The translations under genes were made by a program, and so were the position numbers. From a virus: 64,000 nt of DNA. Below, piece by piece: positions 57,460-64,000 of this stretch. Under the pieces are notes generated by a model that saw only the letters and a list, made by a program, of their open reading frames with translations, was not told the DNA's origin and made no database searches. The stretch's first letter is position 1. Each line of letters starts with the position of its first letter. The DNA is taken from IMG/VR virus record IMGVR_UViG_3300030101_003608, positions 46,526 to 110,525 of that record. One strand, 5' to 3'.

Positions 57460-57760
57460 GCTTGCTTTTAAATTATTTAATGAAAAACTTTCTGAAGGGC
57501 AAGAGGTAGATATATTTATGTCTATCTCTGAATCTACAGGGAGTGGTGCACAAATATCAAAAGTGCATAAATGTATACGTGAACTAGCCAAAGAAAGCGG
57601 CTATAGTTTTGATGCCATGAAAAGGCTAGTAAAAGATAGAGCAGGATTATTTATAGATAATAAGTATAAATCTTTTGCTGATTGTGATAAAGGTGAATTA
57701 AGTTTGGCTATTCAAGCTTGTATAGAGATAGGTGAATTTTATAATGTTAATCTTCACTAG
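57398..57760 (+). CDS. Hypothetical protein (NinB-like candidate)
   Basis: Q..KVH..IRELAKESGY..MKRLVK..KSFADC. Confidence 0.45.
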   Translation: MFSAKLKMQNGKLVYPKKEDKLAFKLFNEKLSEGQEVDIFMSISESTGSGAQISKVHKCIRELAKESGYSFDAMKRLVKDRAGLFIDNKYKSFADCDKGELSLAIQACIEIGEFYNVNLH

Positions 57761-58091
57761 AGTCTTCAGCATCTTGAACTTTTTTAAGTTCAGCTTTAAG
57801 TTTCTCAACATCAACCTCTTTTTCAATAAAAGCATCGTTTGCAATTGCTTGCTTTTCTATTTCACCTACTAATAAAGTTAAAGTATAAAAAGCTCTTTGC
57901 TTATCATCAAGCTCTCCGTATTCTTTATTTATAAGATCTTCTACAAATTTATCAGGATTACCATCTTCTTTTGTATAAATATCATTTAATAATGTAAACA
58001 GTGCAGCTTTAGACATCATGTAATAAGTTTTATTTACTTTTACATCAAGTATAGCATCTTCTTTTAATTCTTTAACTTTTTTATTTTTCAT
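57747..58091 (-). CDS. Hypothetical protein, sole minus-strand gene in the replication region
   Basis: Likely start MKNKK (58091); natural-looking helical protein filling a gap in plus-strand coding. Confidence 0.65.
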   Translation of the reverse strand: MKNKKVKELKEDAILDVKVNKTYYMMSKAALFTLLNDIYTKEDGNPDKFVEDLINKEYGELDDKQRAFYTLTLLVGEIEKQAIANDAFIEKEVDVEKLKAELKKVQDAEDSSED

Positions 58092-58120
58092 TATTAATTT
58101 TTTATAAATATAAACAAAAT

Positions 58121-58834
58121 ATGACAAAAACTATAGACATAGAAGAAATTAAACAAAAATTATTTAAAAAGCTTGAACCATCAGGTTGGGCTAAACCTCT
58201 TAAATCTTTTATATTTAGCAGTGATTTTGAAAACATTATTATGCAATTAGTAAGGTTATCAAAAGATGGTAAAAGATTTACTCCTAAACTTAGTCAACTG
58301 TTTAGAGCATTTGAAGAATGTCCTTATAATGAACTTAAAGTAATTATGGTAGGGCAAGATCCATATCCTAAATTAGGAGTAGCAGATGGTATTGCGTTTA
58401 GTTGTAAAAATACTATGGAACAACAACCAAGTTTAAGATTTATTTTAAATGAGGTTAACAGAACTGTATATGATGGTGTGGGTCAGTCACATGATCCGGA
58501 TCTTACAAGATGGGCTAATCAAGGTATGTTAATGTTAAATACTGCACTTACAACTACTGTAGGTAAAGTAGGACAACATTATACAATATGGAAACCTTTT
58601 CTAGCCTATTTATTTGATCATTTGACATTTGCGCATACAGGGATGGTATTTGTATATATGGGTAAACAAGCTCATGAATGGAGCGATACTGTAAATGATA
58701 TGAATTATAAATTTTTTGTGAGTCATCCTGCAAGTGCCGTATATAACAAAGGACAAACTTGGGATTGTAAAGATATATTTAATGAAATTAGTAAAATATT
58801 AAAGAATCATTATAATTTTTCAGTAACTTGGTAG
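58121..58834 (+). CDS. ung: Uracil-DNA glycosylase (family 1)
   Basis: GQDPYP, ADGIAFS, QGMLMLNT, SHPA. Confidence 0.9.
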   Translation: MTKTIDIEEIKQKLFKKLEPSGWAKPLKSFIFSSDFENIIMQLVRLSKDGKRFTPKLSQLFRAFEECPYNELKVIMVGQDPYPKLGVADGIAFSCKNTMEQQPSLRFILNEVNRTVYDGVGQSHDPDLTRWANQGMLMLNTALTTTVGKVGQHYTIWKPFLAYLFDHLTFAHTGMVFVYMGKQAHEWSDTVNDMNYKFFVSHPASAVYNKGQTWDCKDIFNEISKILKNHYNFSVTW

Positions 58835-58835
58835 C

Positions 58836-59423
58836 ATGAATGAAATATTTAACAAGCTTATAAAAGAGAAGCTTACCCCTAATTCTTTGTATGTATTACA
58901 TTGTATAAAAGAAAAAATATCTGTAAGTAAAATAGTATCTGATTCTTTAGAAATCAACAAGTTAAAAGCTGATGAATGGTTAACTGAAGACTTGTCTCTT
59001 ACAAGAAAAAGTACTATCTTTATGGAAGAATTAAACTCTTATTTTAGAAAGAGTAAAAAGAAAACTTCTAGTGATTTGATGGGAGATGGTTTTGATAACA
59101 AAATAAAGTTATACAACTCTTTATTTCCCTCTAAAAAACTTGGAAGCGGCAAGTATGCAAGAACTAATGTTAAAACTTTAGAATCAAGTTTTAGATGGTT
59201 TTTTGATACTTTTGATTATGATTGGAAAACAATATTGCAAGCAACATATAAATATATAGAAGAATATAAATTGAAAAATTATGAATATATGAGAACATCT
59301 CAATACTTTATCAGAAAACAAAATACAGACAAATCATTTGAATCTGATTTAGCTACCTACTGCGACATGTTAAATGAAGGTGGTTCTGATGAAGAAAACA
59401 TATTTAAAGAAAAAGTAGTATAA
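58836..59423 (+). CDS. Replication protein upstream of helicase (loader/initiator-like)
   Basis: wHTH-like N-terminus; YNSLFP..ILQAT..Y..YMRTSQYFI; position before DnaB. Confidence 0.45.
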   Translation: MNEIFNKLIKEKLTPNSLYVLHCIKEKISVSKIVSDSLEINKLKADEWLTEDLSLTRKSTIFMEELNSYFRKSKKKTSSDLMGDGFDNKIKLYNSLFPSKKLGSGKYARTNVKTLESSFRWFFDTFDYDWKTILQATYKYIEEYKLKNYEYMRTSQYFIRKQNTDKSFESDLATYCDMLNEGGSDEENIFKEKVV

Positions 59424-59424
59424 T

Positions 59425-60435
59425 TTGGAACAGTTCAATGGTGCAAAGCCTTTAAAGGCTATTAGTAAAGTACGTGCTTATGAAAAAGCCCTCTTAGAAA
59501 TGAGAGGAAGAATGGACGGTAGAATTAAAAGTCTTAAAACTGCTTGGCCAAAGTTTAATGATGCTACATTAAATGGTTTAGAGTGGAATACTCTAACCGT
59601 AGTTGGAGCTAGACCCGGTGTAGGTAAGACTTTGTTTATGGAGCAACTTGTTACAGAAGTTATTGCTCTTAATAAAGATCAAGACTTTCAAGTTTTACAA
59701 TTTCAATTTGAGATGCCTGAGAAAACTCTTGGTATGAGAGCATTCTCTGCTATAACTCAAAAAGACTATGGTATCCTTCATAGTAAGTATGAACCTTTAC
59801 AAGAAGATATTTATGATAAATGCAGACAATATACAAGTACACTTAATAAAAACAATAAAGTTTTTTCAGTTTATAGACCGTGTACTGTCAATGAATTCTG
59901 TGCTAGCATAGATTATCATTTTAGACAAAATGTAAAAGAAGTTAACGGAAATAAAATATATCCTAAACTTTTAGTTACTGTAGATCACTCAGCTTTATTT
60001 AAAAGAGATAAGCATGAGAAAGATAGGTTTGAAATGTTATATAATCTAGGCGAGGCACTAACTTTTATGAAAAGAAGTTATCCACTATCATTTGTTATTT
60101 TAAGTCAATTAAATAGAAACATAGATGATCCTAAACGTGCTATAGAAGGTACTTATGGTAATTATGTTTTAGATTCTGATCTATTTGGCGCTGATGCATT
60201 ATTGCAACATGCTGATATAGTACTTGGTATTAATAAGCCAGCTGCTAGAAAGATTAGATATTACGGACCTGAAAGATTTCAGATTACTGATCCAGAAACT
60301 CTTGTATTTCATTTCTTAAAATGTAGAAATGGAGATACTAGAATGAGTTTCTTTAAGTTAGATAGAGATACTATAAGAATAGTAGAGATGAATACACCTA
60401 GTAATACACAATCAAATACAAACATTCAGATATGA
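59425..60435 (+). CDS. DnaB-like replicative helicase
   Basis: GARPGVGKT, FEM, VDH, LSQLNR, DIVL, KCRNG. Confidence 0.9.
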   Translation: MEQFNGAKPLKAISKVRAYEKALLEMRGRMDGRIKSLKTAWPKFNDATLNGLEWNTLTVVGARPGVGKTLFMEQLVTEVIALNKDQDFQVLQFQFEMPEKTLGMRAFSAITQKDYGILHSKYEPLQEDIYDKCRQYTSTLNKNNKVFSVYRPCTVNEFCASIDYHFRQNVKEVNGNKIYPKLLVTVDHSALFKRDKHEKDRFEMLYNLGEALTFMKRSYPLSFVILSQLNRNIDDPKRAIEGTYGNYVLDSDLFGADALLQHADIVLGINKPAARKIRYYGPERFQITDPETLVFHFLKCRNGDTRMSFFKLDRDTIRIVEMNTPSNTQSNTNIQI

Positions 60436-60992
60436 GTACAAGACAAGAGAACACTAAAATTCTCATGGCAACACATTTGCCTACATTTAAAAAGTTGAAG
60501 ATTACTGATCCGTATTTTATTGCTAAATCTGCATGGGCTCCTCCAGGAGAACCTTTAAAAATGCAATTCTTTCCTAATGAGTTAAAAATAGGTAAAGATA
60601 TTTATACAGAGTTTAGTGATTTTCAAGGAGTATCAGAAGATCCAACACATACATTATATAAACTAAAGTTTAATCCTTTTTATGCAGAAGAATATCCTTT
60701 AGAAAAAAAGACTAGTAAGTCTGGTAATGATTATGAAGTGTACGTTATTCCAATTGAAGAATTAGTAGCTGTTACAAAAGATGGTACAGAAATACCTTAT
60801 AATAAGTATCAAGAACAGCTAAAAAATCCACCTGTAGAAACTAAACCAGCTGATTTTCCAAATTTTGCTGAAGAGTATCTTGATGTGGGATTAAAGAAAT
60901 CTGAAAAATCAATTAAAAATTTTCCAGATTGGCTAAACACTTTAGATAGAATAGCAACAGCATTAGAAAAAATAGAAAAAAAGATAAAATGA
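60432..60992 (+). CDS. Hypothetical protein
   Basis: 186 aa in the replication operon. Confidence 0.6.
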   Translation: MSTRQENTKILMATHLPTFKKLKITDPYFIAKSAWAPPGEPLKMQFFPNELKIGKDIYTEFSDFQGVSEDPTHTLYKLKFNPFYAEEYPLEKKTSKSGNDYEVYVIPIEELVAVTKDGTEIPYNKYQEQLKNPPVETKPADFPNFAEEYLDVGLKKSEKSIKNFPDWLNTLDRIATALEKIEKKIK

Positions 60993-61714
60993 GTATAGTA
61001 CTTCCAACAAAAAAAGTAAAGAAAGAAAGAGTTAATCCTAAAAGATTAATAATTTACAGTAAACCTAAAACAGGTAAAACTACAGCATTTGCAGGCTTAG
61101 AAAACAATTTAATATTGGACTTAGAGAATGGTAGCGGGTATGTAGAAGCTTTAAAAGTTAAAATTGAAAACTTACAAGATCTTCTTGATGCAGGTAAGGC
61201 CATAAAAGAAGCTGATAAACCCTATAAGTATGTCACAGTAGATACAGTAACTGCATTAGAATCTATGGTTATGCCTTTAGCAGTAAAGCTGTATAGAAAA
61301 ACGCCTATGGGTAAAAATTATCAAGGAGATAATGTAATTACTCTTGCAAATGGTGCAGGATATTTATATATTCGTCAGGCATTTTTTCAAGTTTTAGATT
61401 TTATTGATACATTAGCACCTCATATAATTCTGTCTGGACACATCAAAGATAAAGTTGTTGATGATAAAGGAGAGATGGTTATGTCGGCTAATATTGATCT
61501 TACTGGTAAAATAAAATCTTTAATCTGCGCTAATGCAGATGCAATAGGATATATGTATAGAAAAGGTAACAAAACAGTCATCAACTTTAAAAATAATGAT
61601 GGTGTAACATGTGGCGCTAGACCTAATCACTTAAGAAATGAAGAAATAGTAATTTCTGAAATGAATGAAAAAGGTGAGATAAAAACTCACTGGAATAAAA
61701 TATATAAATCATAA
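60989..61714 (+). CDS. AAA_24 / Sak4-like ATPase
   Basis: YSKPKTGKTT, LDLENG, VDTVT, ADAIGY. Confidence 0.8.
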   Translation: MSIVLPTKKVKKERVNPKRLIIYSKPKTGKTTAFAGLENNLILDLENGSGYVEALKVKIENLQDLLDAGKAIKEADKPYKYVTVDTVTALESMVMPLAVKLYRKTPMGKNYQGDNVITLANGAGYLYIRQAFFQVLDFIDTLAPHIILSGHIKDKVVDDKGEMVMSANIDLTGKIKSLICANADAIGYMYRKGNKTVINFKNNDGVTCGARPNHLRNEEIVISEMNEKGEIKTHWNKIYKS

Positions 61715-61741
61715 TTATTAACAACTAAAAAGAAAAATCAA

Positions 61742-62431
61742 ATGGCTTTAAGTACAACAGATTTAACCACAGAAGGTGGTACCGGTAAAGGGATACCTAA
61801 AACAATTGGCCCAGGCAATCATGAATTAAAAATTAATAGTGTAAGGCTAGATTCATTTAGATTTATTGAAGGTGCATATCATTTAATATTAGATATGGAA
61901 ACTAAACCAATTGATGGATTTGAAGGATTTCTCCGAGACAGAGATGATGAAAGTAAAGGTAAATATGAAGGCCAGATCGGAAGAGTAAAGGCAAGTCAAT
62001 ATGCATTTGCTGATGGTGAGACTAAATCAGGAATTAAAATTCAAAGAGATAGATCTATTCTAATGTTTTTAAAGAATCTATCTAATGCTCTTGAAATTAC
62101 AGATTGGTTTACAGAACAAGATAATAAGCATGAAACAATTGAAGAGTTTGTAAAAGCATTCAATGATACTGCACCATATCAAGATAAATATTTACATACT
62201 TGTCTTGCAGGTAAAGAGTATGAAAACAAATCAGGTTATATAGCATATGACTGTTGGTTTGCTAAAGCAAAAAATAAAATGTATGGCTACACACCTAATC
62301 CAGAAGCTGTACAAGTTTATGATGAATCAAAACATTTAAGAAAGATAGAGAACAAGCCGGTAGAATCTTTTGGTAATGATGATGATTTATCAATTCCAAT
62401 GAAGACTAGTGCAGATTTTAATCTAGACTAA
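61742..62431 (+). CDS. Probable ssDNA-binding protein
   Basis: Follows the Sak4-like ATPase; beta-rich with acidic tail DDDL..DFNLD; own terminator. Confidence 0.55.
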   Translation: MALSTTDLTTEGGTGKGIPKTIGPGNHELKINSVRLDSFRFIEGAYHLILDMETKPIDGFEGFLRDRDDESKGKYEGQIGRVKASQYAFADGETKSGIKIQRDRSILMFLKNLSNALEITDWFTEQDNKHETIEEFVKAFNDTAPYQDKYLHTCLAGKEYENKSGYIAYDCWFAKAKNKMYGYTPNPEAVQVYDESKHLRKIENKPVESFGNDDDLSIPMKTSADFNLD

Positions 62432-62454
62432 TTTTCATTTTTATTTTAAGTTCA

Positions 62455-62487
62455 AAAAGGGGAGGCATGTAGTGTTTTCCCTTTTTT
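62455..62487 (+). terminator. Intrinsic terminator
   Basis: GGGGAGGCA / TGTTTTCCC hairpin plus U-tract. Confidence 0.6.
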
Positions 62488-62505
62488 ATTATCAAAAACT
62501 ATTTT

Positions 62506-63489
62506 ATGATTTCAACAAAAAACTTAATTACGGATTTAGATGGTATACCTACAGGTTGGCCTTTTGAATATTACTTAGGGCTATCTGAAAAATTAGATGG
62601 TCAAGATGTAAAAATTAGATCAGTATTTAATACTAAAGATAAAATACCATCTATGTGTATATTTTTTGACCCTGTAGCAAAAAGATATAATTTTAAAGAT
62701 TTTTCATCAGGCATTGGTGGTTGTTGTGTTGAATTAGTAAAAGTTTATTTTAACATAAAAACTCGTGGTGAAGCTGCTTTAAAAATTATAGGAGATTATA
62801 ATGAATATATCTTAAATAATAACCATAACCCTATTCAGGAATATAAAAGTTATAGTAGATATAAAGTAACTGATTATGAAATAAGACATTGGACTACTGT
62901 TGATCAAAAATATTGGACTAAATTTGATATTGGCTCTAGATTATTAGAAAAGTATAACGTAGCTCCACTAGAATATTATGTAATGACCAAAGAAGATGAT
63001 AATGGTAAAGAAAGTTCAATTACTATTAAGGGTCTTAGTATATATGGTTATTTTAAAGATGACGGCAGTTTATATAAAGTTTATCAACCTAAAGTTTCTC
63101 AAAAGAAATTTATTAAGGTTAAAAATTATATTCAAGGATCTGATCAATTAAAATATGATAAAAGATATCTTGTTATTACATCTTCATTAAAAGACTTAAT
63201 GGCTTTTAACAGGCTTAAGTTAAAAGATGCAGAATCAATTGCACCTGACAGTGAGAATACTTTGATACCAGAGAGCATGCTCAAAAGTATAATACCAAAG
63301 TATGAAAAGATATTTGTTTTATTTGATAATGATGAAGCTGGTATCCGGTCTATGAAAAGGTATAAAGAAAAGTATAATTTTAATTATGTAATTCTAGATA
63401 TGGAAAAAGATTTATCTGATTCTATTAAGATGTACGGTCTTGCTAAAACCAGAGAGGTTTTGTTACCTCTATTAAAACAGTTAACATGA
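62506..63489 (+). CDS. DnaG-like primase (crAss type)
   Basis: PSM..FKDFSSG; ITSSLKD; TOPRIM LFDNDEAG; KDLSD. Confidence 0.85.
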   Translation: MISTKNLITDLDGIPTGWPFEYYLGLSEKLDGQDVKIRSVFNTKDKIPSMCIFFDPVAKRYNFKDFSSGIGGCCVELVKVYFNIKTRGEAALKIIGDYNEYILNNNHNPIQEYKSYSRYKVTDYEIRHWTTVDQKYWTKFDIGSRLLEKYNVAPLEYYVMTKEDDNGKESSITIKGLSIYGYFKDDGSLYKVYQPKVSQKKFIKVKNYIQGSDQLKYDKRYLVITSSLKDLMAFNRLKLKDAESIAPDSENTLIPESMLKSIIPKYEKIFVLFDNDEAGIRSMKRYKEKYNFNYVILDMEKDLSDSIKMYGLAKTREVLLPLLKQLT

Positions 63490-63965
63490 ATTTAAAAACT
63501 CGTATAAAAAAATCTATGGAAATATGGTGGATAAAATTTGATGGAAATTCAGAACGTATACCTTTTGAAAATAAAGATATACCAGAAGGAGCTGTAGGTT
63601 TTGTTTATAAAATGAAATTTACACGAGATGGGGAAGAATACTTATATATAGGTAAAAAGAACTTTTATTCAAATAGAAAAAAGAAATTTGGAAAAAAGGC
63701 TTTGGCTAAACTAACTGATAAGAGAAAGAAAAAGTATGAAATAATTAAAAAACTTTCTTATGAAAACTATTTCAGTAGCAATAAAGAAATAAAACAAGCA
63801 CATAAGGATGGTATTTATGTAGATAGATTAATACTTAAAATTTGTTTTAGTAAATCAGAGCTGACTTATGAAGAAACTAAAGCTCAGTTTCAACATGAAG
63901 TTTTAGAAAATGATTGTTATTTAAATGGAAATATCTTAGGAAGATTTTATAAAGGAAAAATATGA
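63486..63965 (+). CDS. GIY-YIG-like nuclease
   Basis: GFVY..YIGKK..YFSSN..LTYEE..YLNGNI. Confidence 0.65.
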   Translation: MNLKTRIKKSMEIWWIKFDGNSERIPFENKDIPEGAVGFVYKMKFTRDGEEYLYIGKKNFYSNRKKKFGKKALAKLTDKRKKKYEIIKKLSYENYFSSNKEIKQAHKDGIYVDRLILKICFSKSELTYEETKAQFQHEVLENDCYLNGNILGRFYKGKI

Positions 63966-64000
63966 ATAAAGAAGTTTTAAAGAACTTACTGACTATGCTG
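63962..64000 (+). CDS. Partial ORF at the right edge
   Basis: ATGA overlap; MNKEVLKNLLTML. Confidence 0.4.
   Translation, partial: MNKEVLKNLLTML

Noticed and set aside
45932-57591. ORFs 45932..46171 (+), 55992..56192 (-) and 57391..57591 (-)
   Set aside because: They overlap better-supported genes or cross a terminator and promoter motif, and have low-complexity translations.
1-64000. Stop-codon reassignment (TAG or TGA), known in some Crassvirales
   Set aside because: Terminase, portal, capsid and muzzle are full-length in the standard code, and TAG/TGA end several genes at sensible boundaries.
1-64000. Prophage boundaries, integrase, DNA polymerase or virion RNA polymerase
   Set aside because: None recognisable in this window; the polymerases probably lie outside it.

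Overview
AT-rich 64 kb segment of a crAss-like (Crassvirales-type) podophage genome; the host is probably Bacteroidota/Flavobacteriia, based on a T9SS C-terminal domain, Bacteroidota-type ClpS, TAnnTTTG-like promoters and A-rich leaders without SD sequences. Positions 1-44136 (minus strand) hold the late module: a partial zincin-containing cargo-like protein, muzzle, ring proteins, IHF-like proteins, Cys-rich fibre/hub proteins, a probable auxiliary capsid protein, eight small Lys/Arg-rich proteins, major capsid, scaffold-like protein, portal, terminase, PD-(D/E)xK nuclease, lysis genes, phosphoesterase, BspA-like and collagen fibre proteins, GroES and a T9SS-CTD protein. After a divergent strand switch at ~44.2 kb, the plus strand carries an early region of terminator-promoter-gene units sharing a CTAGCC-N11-TTGAAT motif. 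Next come ~0.9 kb of highly structured non-coding sequence, a 599-aa protein with a TerD-like C-terminus, and replication/repair genes (SSB-like, HNH, SF2 helicase, ClpS, SPL-like radical SAM, UNG, DnaB, AAA ATPase, primase, GIY-YIG). The standard code fits, and I saw no tRNA, CRISPR, intron or integrase. Main candidates for new biology: (1) a promoter-driven small RNA and duplicated covarying hairpins next to the TerD-like gene (possible RNP/autoregulatory system); (2) a phage-encoded T9SS substrate; (3) a shared [MYFL]xxGG motif linking the basic proteins to the zincin-bearing cargo-like protein; (4) a T4 gene 32-like pseudoknot before an SSB-like gene. All product calls come from motif recognition and gene order; no database searches were run.
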